Of a stretch of DNA of 64,000 bases, positions 49,901 to 62,045 are shown in pieces. Numbering within the stretch: the stretch's first letter is position 1; each line of letters starts with the position of its first letter. The stretch lies in NCBI RefSeq assembly GCF_000002075.1, contig NW_004797466.1, forward strand, positions 560,381-624,380, in the 5' to 3' direction. A model generated the notes under the pieces. The model worked only from the letters and a program-made list of their open reading frames with translations, had not been told where the DNA came from and did not search any database. The stretch comes from Aplysia californica (Eukaryota). The position numbers were made by a program, and so were the translations under genes.

Positions 49901-51728
49901 TTCTTTCACTTTCTTTCCAGTCCAGGTTTTGTTGCATCCATTGTCTCTGGATGTAAGGTTCATTGTAGACCATTTTAGTTACATAAATTAAATTAACATT
50001 TCTGCAAACTCCTAATTAATGAGACTAGAATGTTTGTTGCTAGAAAATCTGTTGTATTGTCAAAATATGATTTGTTATTGTTATTGTTTATTTTCTTTTG
50101 TTGCCTTCGTGGCAGCAGAAACTGAAGGTCAGGAAGAGAAGCAGCTAAGCAGGGTGAAAAAGGCCAAACGCAGGTCAGATGACATTAATAATGAGGAGGG
50201 AGAGGAAGAGAGCGACACACAAGAAGAAGAAAGTACAGCTAAAGTGGGACAGAAGTCTAAAAGCAAGCCTAAGCAGAATGGAAAGCCACAGATGAAGACA
50301 TCAGGGTTCGAGTCTACGGCACAACCAGTAAAGAAGCAGAGACTGGAAAAAGGTAAGTTTACTACAATTGCAGTGGAGTCTGCTTTTTAACCAAAGTCTG
50401 CAGGACCACCGGTTTTTCTTTACTTTGGCTGAGTTTTCGGTTTAGAGAGGTTGCTCTAGTAGAAGAGAAAAAAAAATATGGGGATTTTCTTTTCTCTCGG
50501 TTTAAGGCTGTTTTCATATCAACCATGTGCGGTTTACGCGAGCTCGGCTGTATGTATTCATTGTCAGAAGATAATATATGAGGGTATAAAGATGAACGGG
50601 GTTGTTGTGGTCTAAGATGTATGTTCGTCTTTCAGTCAAAAGATCCCAAGATCGAAACCTTCCAGTGACCAAAAAAAATTTCCAGAGATTTTCTTTGTCC
50701 TTTTGTTCTCCAGTTTTACTCTCTTTCCCCTCCTCTTTGCTGAAGCTACTACTGCTGCTACTGATACTACTACTACTACTACAAAAGTCATGAAAACTTT
50801 CATGGTTGACAAAAAAACTAAGAAAAAGTAATTCATGTTTGATTGTGTTTGCTTGTCCTGTGAAGCAAGTTTATTGAAAATGTCACTAAGAAACATGGAT
50901 AATGGTCATGTTTTACCTCAAGTGGGACCCCCCTGAGTGCTCTGTTTTACAACCACTGTGAGGTTTAATGGAAGTTCAAAGATTTAACGATGGCGAGATA
51001 ATGAGGGGGACAAGTCAGGCAACAGATAGGCCTCAACTTTAGAAATATGCCCGTGTATGCTATCTTTTCATGCAAGAACAGTTTTTTTTGGGTCCTATTT
51101 TGAAAGTTAATAGGGTTGACGTAGTGTGTGTACATTGATAGAGTGACTTTTAGATGAGAAGTAGTTTTGCTGACTTTCTGAGCCTCTGATAGGAGTTGCC
51201 AATTCCATGTCAGGAATTTATTGTAATCTCTATGATGAGAAGGTGACACACATACACATTGTTGCAGTCACGCTAATCATGAATAACTAGAAATTGGGTG
51301 TGTCACTTGCTAGCATCTTATAACTTATTGGGTCCCACCTTCTCTATTCGTGTATTAGATGCGATAGCTTGAATCATTAGAACATTGTCTTCTTGAATAT
51401 AATTCCTATGCTTGGTCTCTCTTTAGAGAGATTAGTGTCTTTCAGTCAGCAGTGCAACAACCTTTCATTTACACACATAAGGATTTTCCTCACCACAAAG
51501 GTGGAATGAGATCTATGAAGATTTGCAGGTGCTTGTTACAGTAAGAGTAAAGCTTATTGTTGCTGGCATGTATTAAGCTGTTCAGTGCCTTGATTTTAAA
51601 AAACAACAAAACAACCTTTGCAAAAAATAAGCCTGTCTGTACAGCCTTTTTTTTTTCTTTTCACAGTTCAAAGAACTTCAGAGACAGTGATGACAAAGAA
51701 AAAGAAGCTGAAGGGCAAAAAAAAATAA
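37932..51728 (+). CDS. PAK1IP1: PAK1-interacting protein 1 / Mak11 (WD40 protein of 60S ribosome biogenesis)
   Basis: Exons 37932-38012, 40276-40441, 41282-41402, 42633-42760, 44050-44132, 46768-46830, 47460/47463-47575, [one exon probably in gap 47799-48421], 49444-49540, 50116/50119-50352, 51667-51728. Diagnostic motifs: EIIVGTYENMVLGF, DAHRGALRCL, SASEDGTICMW...LKGHK, IHPTGKLGFSAGSDKSLLTWDL, VRLTCMAV, and a Lys-rich tail. Confidence 0.93.
38304..39031. mobile_element. Tc1/mariner-pogo (Tigger-like) MITE, family copy A
   Basis: TA|CAGTGGAATCCTGTTATAACGAG ... CTCGTTATAAGTGGACTCCACTG|TA. Homologous along its length to 58907-59703. Confidence 0.88.
41630..41807 (+). mobile_element. ~180-bp SINE-like retroposon, full-length copy
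   Basis: TSD AACCTATTCCC at 41619-41629 and 41808-41818. 3' hairpin GGCGCTC...GAGCGCC and an A-rich tail. Confidence 0.85.
43489..43806. mobile_element. Imperfect fold-back segment, probable DNA transposon remnant
   Basis: TTCAAAAGCTAAAAACT / AGTTTTTAGCTTTTGAA, plus an inner imperfect inverted pair AAATGACGCTAGCTTTTCT / AGAAAAAGCAAGCCTCATTT. Confidence 0.45.
44332..45663. mobile_element. PIF/Harbinger-type MITE (TTA TSD)
   Basis: TTA|GGGACCGTTCACAAATGACGTCAGC ... GCTGACATCATTTGTGACCGGTCCC|TTA. Confidence 0.82.
44892..45484. mobile_element. piggyBac-type non-autonomous element nested in the Harbinger MITE
   Basis: TTAA|CCCTTTCGTTGCC ... GGCAACGAAAGTG|TTAA. Confidence 0.8.
45957..46653. mobile_element. 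Tigger/pogo-like MITE
   Basis: TA|CAGTCAAACCTG...GCCACC ... GGTGGCCG...CAGGTTGGACTG|TA. Confidence 0.75.
49020..49300 (-). mobile_element. LINE reverse-transcriptase relic
   Basis: Minus strand reads EGVP-(Q)GSILTPLLFEI across a frameshift. Confidence 0.45.
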
Positions 51729-51941
51729 AGTTTGTTGAATTGATCTCCAAAACGACTATTGTGTTTGTGTTATGGTACTGTTTTCATGCTACTTTCAATG
51801 TTGAAAGGTTGTCTCAGACTAATATGCAATGCCCTTAATTTAGAGTAACTCTATCCATCTCAGAAACATCCCCAAAACTACTGTTGTGTTTGTGAATATG
51901 GGTGCTGATTTCATGCTACTTTCAAGGTTCTGAGGTTGTCT

Positions 51942-52122
51942 TTGTTTTGTTTTAATAAGTGCTTTTGGCACTTGCAACACAATAAGATCATACAAGTGCC
52001 GAAGATAGACGTGTTCGAAGAGAGTCTGCAACAAACACAAAAAAGGAGGGGAGATAAGGACAATAGTTGTTGGGTTGGAAAGAAGGACCAAACCACACTA
52101 GAGCACCCGCAAACCACCCACA
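51942..52122 (-). mobile_element. Diverged copy of the ~180-bp retroposon
   Basis: Same TGGGTGGTT 5' end. TSD GAGGTTGTCT at 51932-51941 and 52123-52132. Confidence 0.75.
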
Positions 52123-52452
52123 GAGGTTGTCTCAGACTAAGAAGCAGCACCTTTAATTTTAGTGTAACTCTATCTGCCTCAGAATTAAGACGAGTTAGTG
52201 GGGAGCCACAAAAACACCTCAAGCAGCAAAATGCATTGTCAGGGGTCTGAACCAGGGTGGCCAGCACATAAGTTTGGCATGTGACGAACTGAGCTAACTG
52301 TAAACCTGAAGTTTGTGGTGAGACAGTTCTTATGTTTAAAGCTGATTGATTGGGAATATCTATGTTTTTCAGAACTCTTGCTTTGACCCTATGAACATAT
52401 GAGGCAGACTGATTGATCATCCTTGCCTGTAAGGGCCAACTCAGACTGTTCA

Positions 52453-52592
52453 TTTTAGTAGAGGTTTTACGGCGCTTGCAACGGCATAAGGTCATATGAG
52501 CACCAGAAGATTAGAGGAGTTACAAGAGAGTAACAAACATAAAAAAGAAGGAGGGGAGATAAGGACTATAGATGTTTGATAGGAAAGAAGAA
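52453..52592 (-). mobile_element. 5'-truncated copy of the ~180-bp retroposon
   Basis: Reverse complement of the 3' 140 bp of 41630-41807. Confidence 0.8.
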
Positions 52593-52688
52593 GTAGACTG
52601 TGTGAGTAGAACATGACAGAATACATATTTAATAGAATGACAAAGCACACAGAAAGAAAAAGTAACCTTACAGTGTAAAATGAAAATC

Positions 52689-54261
52689 CAGAGATGCCAA
52701 CCAGTACGATTTTACGTATTTTAGTACGATTTTTGGCCGAAAATACGCGAATACGACTTTTCATGAAAAAATACGCATCCTGTAATGCGAAAACTACGAG
52801 ATTCAGCTTGGGCGAGTAAACTTAATTAACTCAGGTCCCATCTTTTGTCAAAATAGTATCAGTATCGCAGAACTGGAATATTTGATAACCAAGTCCGATG
52901 TCAGTATTGCCGGTCGCGATCGTGATATTATATTCGTTCATCTTTTCCCCGTCTGGAGAGTACGTTTCACTTTCACTCGAAAAGGCAGCTATGGCGGCAG
53001 GCGGAAGCGTATGTGACACCGAGGCTCGATCGGGAAAATCAAGATCTACTTTCGCTTTCGTTACCACCGAGAAGTTTGCCAGCAGTTGTCTGATAACGCA
53101 ACATTTGTGGCATGCAGGTTGTGCAGTATAAACACAATGTCGCCGTTCAAATAAAATGTAATAAATACTCTGACTCGTCGCTGTGCTGTCACTTGTGGAA
53201 AAAAAAGAAAAGAAAATACAAGCGTCGTCCGATTTTTAGATTGTCTGGCTCGCCATCGTGACCGGTCACTGACTCTGTGCGCATTCGCATCACAAATAAA
53301 TGCGGCATCGTGTGAGCAAAGACCGTCTTTGTGGGAGTAACGGCCTTGCGAAGTATATGACTACGGAATAGGGGAGGAGATTATTGATTTTTTTTTGGGT
53401 TTAAGATACTATCGGGGGTTTAAGGCAACACCAGAGGACAAAAACTTGGAAGCACTTTTCAGAATTTTGATTAGAGCTTTCTGCAAAGCGCTCGTTGGTG
53501 CAGGCCATATGTGGAATCGGGACCCCTCATACTTTGCAAGTCTGTGTTATTGAAATAAAGTGTTCGCGTTTCATTGGATGGGTGATAGTAAATTATACCT
53601 ACTTGGATTGGTGATAGTAAATTATACCTACAGTGTATGTTGTAGCTTTCTGTTCAAGACTGGCAGATTTTCAGTGTCACTGCATCTTGCCCTACCACAG
53701 TTGTTACAACTCTCACAGTGCATGGGTCTACTTGAGCCATTCAAGTTATTGCTTTTCTCTGAGTTAGAGCAATAATTTGAGTCTGTCAGTTCATAATATG
53801 AATCATGACACCCAGACTGGTTCTTGATAGTCGAAATTCTTGTTCTAGGCCCTTCCGAACCCTCAAAACAGGATTTATTTTTTATATAATAATAATGAGA
53901 GGAAAATATTATATAATAGACTGAAATACTTAAGTCAAACAAGACCCCAGTACAACATTGAACACTGACATGTTGTTGACTGGATACATGTATATATTGT
54001 ACGCGTGTGTGCTCCCTTTTTCGAGCTGGTGAGCTAGTAATTTTTTTTCAGGAAATATTGCTGGACACCCTGAACATTTTACTATTACTGGTTGGTCGAC
54101 CATCAATGATTTATTTATAGAGGCACCAGCCATCCATGTCCAGGTGCTGTTTTAGCCTACTGGTCGGTCAGTCGGTCTTGGGGAATACACATTTTCGCCT
54201 GAAAATACACATTTTCATATTTCCCAATACTCATTTCGGTTTTCTGTGGTTGGCATCTCTG
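52689..54261. mobile_element. hAT-like non-autonomous DNA transposon
   Basis: TIR CAGAGATGCCAACCA / TGGTTGGCATCTCTG with subterminal TACG repeats. Flanks TGAAAATC and AAAATC fit a partly eroded 8-bp TSD. Confidence 0.7.
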
Positions 54262-54950
54262 AAAATCATATGTTAGGAGAGACTCTTTGTACATCTTAAA
54301 CTTCCCTAGTGACAAGTACAAACTATCATTTTGAAACAAAAAAGATTCATATTATTTTATTTTTAATACCAACCTGCGGTACAGTCGTCAAAATAGAAAG
54401 AATTTATGGCATGTGAACACATTCAGAACACATACTTGAAGATTTGACAAATGTCAACAGTGTACAGAATGAGTAGAGATGAACATGAAAGGATGGAAGT
54501 TTCTATACCAAATCAGAGGAAAATGAATCATGCCATTCTATGACATGCAGCCCTCAAGGTATTCTCAAACCATGAAAACTGAACTCTGCATTTCTTCTGT
54601 AATGTGTCTTTAAATTTGTCGGTTTTCAATTTTCAGTAAGAAATACCAAAGGTTATTATTTTTTTAAGAGTGCAGAACCATATCGAGGGCTATCTATTTC
54701 AAATTCAAGGTTCTAAGATCTTCCTCTAAACAATATATGTAAAATAGAAGAAAATGTAACCTTTACACCAAAACATAAACTAAAGAAATAATTTTTCCCT
54801 GTGAGTGTTAAACTCTGATTATGAATTAATAGAAATCATAGAGTAAAATCCAAATGTAAATTCCAGCAAATTAATGCATGCATAATATAAACTTCTTTAA
54901 AAAGTGCTGCTCTGTTCAACAAAACTTGAAGCGAACTCCTCCTGGACAAT

Positions 54951-57900
54951 TTAGACTGACATGGCTCTGTATGCAAGTCGTATTACCATAAGTAAGCTGA
55001 AATAAACAAAAGAATACAACTTAGGAAAGCAATACATTTTTATAAATAAATAAAAATATCTCATGTAGGCCTACCATGGCACTAAATATCAGAACAAATT
55101 CATCTGTCACTTAACAACACAGGAAAAAATAAAGATCAGACTTCACCTCTCAGCTTAAGCCAAAAAGTGATGCATTGTTGCAGTTGAAGCTCAGTCTCAG
55201 AGCCCTGTAAATAAGGTGTCTCCTCACTTTNNNNNNNNNNNNNNNNNNNNNNNNNNNNNNNNNNNNNNNNNNNNNNNNNNNNNNNNNNNNNNNNNNNNNN
55301 NNNNNNNNNNNNNNNNNNNNNNNNNNNNNNNNNNNNNNNNNNNNNNNNNNNNNNNNNNNNNNNNNNNNNNNNGTTGTTTCTATAGGTCTGGATGTTCTCA
55401 AATGGGAAGAAAGTTATCAGTGAAATGCAACGAAGCCGCACTGGCTTTCAGGTCATTTAATGGGAGTTGCTTCAACAGTGTGTAGATTTATCAGTGAAAT
55501 GCAACGAAGCCGCACTGGCTTTCAGGTCATTTAATGGGAGTTGCTTCAACAGTGTGTAGATTTAATTAGTTATGAGTACTAAAAAAAAAGACCAAGTTAG
55601 CAAGGGCTGCACTCCCTGTCTCTGGTGTAGAGGTTAGGCTTTTTGCTGTCGCATACAGAAGACATGAATTCAATTCCAGAGAGGGGAGAATTTGTATTTT
55701 TATTGAATGCAATCTGTCTGCTAGGACATTGTAGTTGTAACACAATCCCCCCCCCCCTTACGCCCAGGTTGACATTGACAGGCAGGGTTGAAGCCCTCCT
55801 CCAACATGAGATCTAATTTGTTTTGATGGGGGCATAAAACATAAAACTTCTACAATATAACACTCGCAGGGTCACACTTCTCACTGAGCTGGCAGGTTGG
55901 GTTATGGCCAACGGGCCATCTATTCTGTTGCACATCCTTGTCCCAAGGCATGGTAGCTTTCTTATCTGTTTAGAATCTGTCTGATCTTGTCACTATATTT
56001 TAAAAATCATATTACAGTACAATGAACTATCCGCCTGCTGTATATTTCAGAGAGTCATCTATAACTGTTCACTACTTTAATGTTTATTTTTGAGCTTGTA
56101 TTGATGAATTCCACTCCTGCCACCTGACAGTGTTCACCACTGATTTTTTGCATTGAATTGACAGCTGTGCTGAAACCAATAGCCTACTTCTCACTTGAAA
56201 AGTCATTAAAACAGAAGAGACAAGAGTTTATTCATTTCTGAGTATAACAGGCTTGACCAATATTTTTCAATCAAATAAATGACAAATTTATTTAAAATGT
56301 CAGAAAGAACATGGACATAGATGCTGTTTTCTTGACACAAGGGGTCCACTGAATGCTCGTTTTACATTTTATCATCACACTGAGGTTAGAACATCATCTT
56401 CATTTGGTTCACTATTTAGGATTTTTCATCTCCTGTTTTCAGTTTATGCTGTGCATTGTCAATTCAACTTGCAATAATACAAACCAAACGGTTTGATTCA
56501 ACTATTTAAAGTCCTTCAAACTAACCACACTGGACAACTAAATCAGCATAACACGATTAAAAAAGTCCTAGTATCTGCATACTAAGCAGAGGCTTGGTTA
56601 AGACTATAGTGCTTGTTCACATCGCGAATGTCAAAGTGACCATTTATAATGTAAATTTCATAGGCCATTGAGGTATTAGGTTTAGATATCATTTTGCACT
56701 GCAGTATTGGGAAAGTGGTATCTCCTCACCTGAGAGTTCCCACCAAGCCAGCAGGCATAAATTTGCCTGAATTTGAGAACCTGTATCCCATGACGCCCGT
56801 CAGCACAGCAGACGTCACTGAAGGTGAGAGAAACATGAGAACATATTACTTATATGAAGTAGGTCTACTAAAGTAAATCAATACATCCCCCCATACATAA
56901 TATGCTATAACATGAAAGTGTCTATAACTAAATGAACTACATGTATTACCAGATGATCAATAACCATAACAGCTTAAACTTAAAATACACCTCTTGACAT
57001 TATTATATATATATCAAAATGAACCTGATCAAAAAAAGAAGAGGGAATGCTATATAAAGAACAGGGGTACTGTCTTATATTATTCGAAGTTAAATGAAAC
57101 AGCTCATTATCCAAGCAAAGTGAGTATGAAGGGCTATAAGAGTAAATGTTTTACTTCTAGATCCAGCCACAGAACAGAAATAGTAAAATCACTCAAACTA
57201 AAAGATCAAACAAAAATAACAGAGCAGAGTATTTACCCAAAGACAAGGTGATATTTTTAGGGTCCTGTCCCATCTGAAAAGCTCCAAACATCATCAAAGT
57301 CCCACAAGCAACTCCCATGGCTAGGGACGGAGCACTTCCTGAAATGGCGTTTCAAAATATAACTCAATATAAATAATTTAAAAAAAAATAATAATTACTG
57401 TTCACATAGTGAGTACGGTAGCTTTGACTTTTATTTGCATCCCAGTCTCTAGTGCTAAGACTGCTGTTTGCTGCAGATCCCCCATACTCGCTAGGTTTAG
57501 GAAAGAAGACTTCCTCCTAAGTGCTTCATGCACTGGGCAGGCTTTTATGCTGTTCAGCCGCCTAACCCGCATCCTAGACAGTGCCCTGGGATGCTGGCAG
57601 CTGATCCTACACTTTGTATAGAGATGGTAATTCTGGCAGTTTGACCTGTTCTGAATCTGAAGAGAACCTTCATCATCATCACAGACCAAACAATTCCCCT
57701 TTTTCTTGAAGAATAAAAATTTGTATCATGTTGGCACACTTTTACTTTTATGTTTAACTTAAAAAAATATACCGGCACCAAAATCAGGACACTAGGGGTC
57801 AGCTTGGTTGCATTGTGGGCGTTCTTTCTTACACTTTGCATGTAGCCCCACACTGATAATGGTTTTTAGGCTCTGACTCTGAATGAATGAAATATAATTT

Positions 57901-60900
57901 GTCCTTTTTTCAGGCTGCTTTGATTGAAACTTTTTTTTATTTGGGAATCTCATATTTCATTTCATTCCCCATTTGCAACTTCTCTGGACCGCTTGTGCTT
58001 ATGATACAGTACAGGTGTTGCAAAGACACTAAGCAAGAAAAAAAACAAAAAAACCCAAACATATTTCATTTACAGTGGAAACCATATATAACAGGCCCGG
58101 TAATAACAGGGATCCGGTAATAACAGGGATTTTTTAAATCCCCGTTTTTTCCCACTCATTGTCTTTATTAGAAAGTATCGGCAGTAACAGGGCCTCACTG
58201 GAGCCCAATCGGTTATAGCAGCGACAAAGGCTCATTAACAATGTGTAAAAAGTAAGAGAGAGAGAAATGCAATGATGGAGCAAGCCCATGCAAGCCACGC
58301 CACTGCAAGCACACGCAGCGGGTGAAGCGACAGAAGGCTACGGTGTGCTGCAGACTTCCTTTTACTTTTAGTCTAAGCCTAGCTACACCCACGCGTAATG
58401 TGTCATGCACAGGCCTGCCACATGATGGCCAAAACCCCTGTTCATGGGTACTTGTGGCAAGGGAAACTACCCATGAATAAATACAGCTGAATTAGTTCAC
58501 AAATGCTTATACTTCCCTTGCATTTCTGATATAACAGGGATCTGATATAACAGCACTTTTTCTCTGGTCCCACCATCCCTGTTATATCAGGTTTCCACTG
58601 TATTTTCCCTCATCAGAAGGAAATGGTAGAGTGCTACATCTGTCGCCCATTTCACTATTGTGCTGAAACCTGTACTTTAACATAAGAAGGGAGTTAACTA
58701 ATATCAAGGGACTGAGATGATTGCATCCGTTCCTCCCTTTACACAGATTCATGTAAACGCACGCTCCGTATAAATACACACTAAGGAGCCCGCCCGACCA
58801 TCATGCGTTTAGGCAGAGACTACGTACACTTAAGGGCCCCCTTGAGCACCGTACGTTTATATGCCAGAGACTTCACTAAGGAAGTTCAAGTGCCTTAAGC
58901 ACACTACAGAGGAATCCTGTTATAACGAGAGGGAGGGGACCGGTACGAAATGTCCGTTATAGCAGGATCCTCGTTAGAAGGATCCAGTAATAAATTCAAA
59001 GGAAATAATAAAGTAGGCCTAATCTATGAGTTTGGTGTTCTGTTTATTTCTTTTTGTTATCTCCCCTGATGATGGTGTTGCTCAACAAGACCTCTAGGTC
59101 TTACTTGATCAAAAATTGAATCAGATTTCTTTCTCTAGCGTTAGCAATGTTGACAGCTCGGCGTTGGCGATCACTTCTCTAGGCTAACTCGCCAACTGTG
59201 TTTTCCCCTACCCCACCACACCGTGTGGTGCGTTTCCGTGTCTGTTTGTGCACGTCACACATTCGCTCCATGATCCATCATAGTACTGTGACCTCTTCAT
59301 CCCCGCATCGGAGAAGTAAGAGGCATGATAGGCCTAGATAATCTAGACTAGGCTGGTCTATCACTATCAGGCAATGCGTTCTGCTTCACAACGGCTTGTC
59401 TGCGCGTGCCACACCCTCCCTACTCATTCGCTCCGGCCTTCATTGTTGGCACACGTGGACTCTCCCATCCTTTTTTTCGCTAGATCACCAACAACTGGCG
59501 AGGTTTTACAAGGTATAAATGGCCTATACGCTGTGCACAGCAGCAGGAATATTCCGCTATAACTGACTCGTGCGTTTATCTGATTGCACTATAGCAGTAT
59601 TTTATTTACAAAGATGAAGAAGAAAAAAATCGGGGTTTTAGAGTAATGTCTTTTATAACAGAATTCTCGTTATTTCAGGACTCGTTATAAGTGGACTCCA
59701 CTGTACAAGAAGGTAATGTGCAATGATGAAGCTCGTTGATATGACCAGCAGTGTGAGCTGATATAACCTACTGTTGATGATGGTAGGTCGTTTGTCTGTT
59801 TTACATTGTGCTCCCAGGGCAATTTTAACTCGAGACAATTGTGACAGGAAAATTTTTTATCAGATTTTTCAAGATAAGCAGTTCAACAAAACCTTGCATG
59901 TATTCAAGAATACAGTGCTGCAACTACAAAGGCAAATAGAGTGGTTCAGTTGGGGTGATATATTGTTCGAGCTTTCTGTGAATTGGAGTTTTAGTGCTTT
60001 TGTGCCGGTTTCGAGTGCTGTAGGCCTATTCGACTGCACGATTTATATATAAAACCCCACCAGACCATTATGAAGGAAATGCTTGAAGGCAAGACAGGGG
60101 GCAGGGCCAAGAAGGATGGACAACGCATGATGTGATACAGCAAAGTATTTCTTGACTGTCTTAGAAAATGGGTGAAGAGCAGCAGGTTTGTACACAACAA
60201 TGGCAGGTCATTTCACTGTATGCGAGTCCTAAACGTGTAGAAAGACTCATCTTCCTGATTGGCTGCTAATTTTAGTAATGTGATGTCAACACTTCCTGGG
60301 ATACACACACACAGACTATTTCTATAATAAGGCCGTGGAGGTACCAAAGATCAGGCATACACTATACAGTAGAGAATCTTTGGATGTTACCGCATGGAAT
60401 GACATGTTGGGACAGTGGACTCACTCAGTGGTTCGACGTATTAAAACCGCATCGATGTGTTTCGCACGATAAAATTTCACGCTTGCAGGTAACTGCAGCA
60501 CGTCAGCCATGATCTGGTGATGGAAGATCGCTTATATCATTGATGCTCAGAACCGCAAGAACGCTGATGCTTGAAATTGAAACACCACGGTAAACGCAAA
60601 GACAATAAAACACGCGAAAATTGTCATAAAGACGCCCGGAGATTACCCCCCCCCCCCCCCCCCCCCGGGCCGGATAAACAATGCGCAGAAGAGATAAGCA
60701 GCAGCAGCATCTGAGAACTTCACCATTATATCACATTACCAGTACGTCTCCTGGAAAAACATCACACCAAACGTTGTGTCATGGCAGGTGTATACACGAT
60801 CTTTGGTGTCATGCGGTTGGCCATGTTTAGATCATGTAGTCACATGATCGGAGGGGTATCCCCGTCTGACGTCACACAAGATGGCCACCTTACCTAAAAA

Positions 60901-61601
60901 TAGTTTGCGTTGCTCTACGTTTAGCCGCATGTCGTCATTTCTCATTGAAATTATATTACACCCAACTTCTGTCTCTGATCCTAAACCAGGAGATGACACC
61001 TCCAGGTATCTGGGTATGGGAAGAATTTGGGTTATAAAAAGGCATAAACCAAGCAATAATGCCTACATAACTTTACATAAAATGATAACTGCAGTGAGGT
61101 TACTGAACACACAGTGCTACAAATGAAACAGAGAGAGAGAGAGAGAGAATGAATGTTTTACGGAACGGGTTGTCCCAGCCCGGGAGACGTGTATTTACTT
61201 GGCCTAATGTCCTGTCTTGTTGTGCATTTGCGTGAGTGCACCTTTAAGTCTTGCTTTTGTAACGTCTAGTTCCATTGTATCATAATCATTGTTAACGACC
61301 AAGACAAATTTCTCCCTGCGAGATGAATAAAGATTGTCATTGTCATTGTCACAACACTGCAAAACAACATCATCACCTACTCTACAGTAGATCTAGATCT
61401 AGAGTAGCCGACACAACAACACGTCACATGCATTCATCACGGAAATAAGAGCAGAGAACATGACATACGTGACAAAATACAAAAATACTACGTCTACATT
61501 ACACAATAAAACACAACTATCTTACCAGCTTTGACATATCCTATTATTCCTCCGGTGGCGATTGTAGCAGCATATGCAGCTGTAATTAGGTCAAGAGACA
61601 T
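54951..61601 (-). CDS. TMEM14C: Transmembrane protein 14 family (TMEM14C-like), 103 aa
   Basis: Exons 61601-61526, 57338-57237, 56817-56730 and 54996-54951 splice in phase to MSLDLITAAYAATIATGGIIGYVKAGSAPSLAMG...QDPKN...VMGYRFSNSGKFMPAGLVGTLSLLMVIRLAYRAMSV*. This contains the family motifs GGIIGYVKAGS.PSL and MG.RF..SGKFMPAG. Confidence 0.95.
55414..55564. repeat. Perfect 74-bp tandem duplication
   Basis: The unit TTATCAGTGAAATGCAACG...GTGTGTAGAT is repeated at 55414 and 55488. Confidence 0.9.
55612..55850 (+). mobile_element. Degenerate tRNA-derived SINE
   Basis: TGGTGTAGAGG (A-box-like), ATTCAATTCC (B-box-like) and a TAAAAC tail. Confidence 0.4.
58073..58600. mobile_element. Tigger/pogo-like MITE
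   Basis: TA|CAGTGGAAACCATATATAACAGG ... CCTGTTATATCAGGTTTCCACTG|TA, with subterminal TAACAGGGA repeats. Confidence 0.85.
58907..59703. mobile_element. Tc1/mariner-pogo (Tigger-like) MITE, family copy B
   Basis: Same TIRs and TA TSD as 38304-39031. Carries an extra internal segment at about 59325-59410. Confidence 0.88.
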
Positions 61602-62045
61602 GTTTGTAAAAGAATGTGGTTTGTCTGCTAATGGTCAAAGTTGCACTGGGAAGGAAGAATGTTGTCTCTTGTCTTGTCTGTCTACTTTAGTAAAGACTCT
61701 AGGCTAGCTGAGCTTACTTAGGCTACTAACTCCAGCAGAATCATTGGCATTCAGAGTAGACTCCCTTGACACACTGTGAATCCTTTGTTATCGAAACAAT
61801 CCTTAGGAAATACACATTTATTGGCTAATTACTCTTCTAGAATCTAGTTGAATTATGAACCGATATTATCAAAATTTTTGCTCTATTCAATTTGACAATC
61901 AAGAAAGAAAAATTGGTTGAAGTAAGAAGCATCAAAGTAACCAATTTAAAGATATCAGAGAAGACGAGTGTATTTCATTTCTATGAAGTACAGCGTATGA
62001 CAGAATCATTATTTTGTATCAACCTTTGTTGAAAGATGGCGGCGT
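61602..62045. promoter_or_regulatory. Putative bidirectional promoter between TMEM14C-like and PSMG3
   Basis: The divergent ATGs are only 434 bp apart. ATTGG at ~61820, CCAAT at 61941, and YY1 motif AAGATGGCGGC overlapping the PSMG3 start codon. Confidence 0.65.

Noticed and set aside
55140-55205. Alternative last exon for TMEM14
   Set aside because: The exon at 54996-54951 matches the family C-terminus (SLLMV.RL) and this one does not.
55414-55564. Direct repeats as a CRISPR-like array
   Set aside because: Eukaryotic DNA, only two units, no spacers, and adjacent to a gap (possibly an assembly effect).
57402-57853. Minus-strand ORFs suggesting a gene nested in TMEM14 intron 1
   Set aside because: No good AG acceptor for the 95-aa ORF and no recognisable homology.
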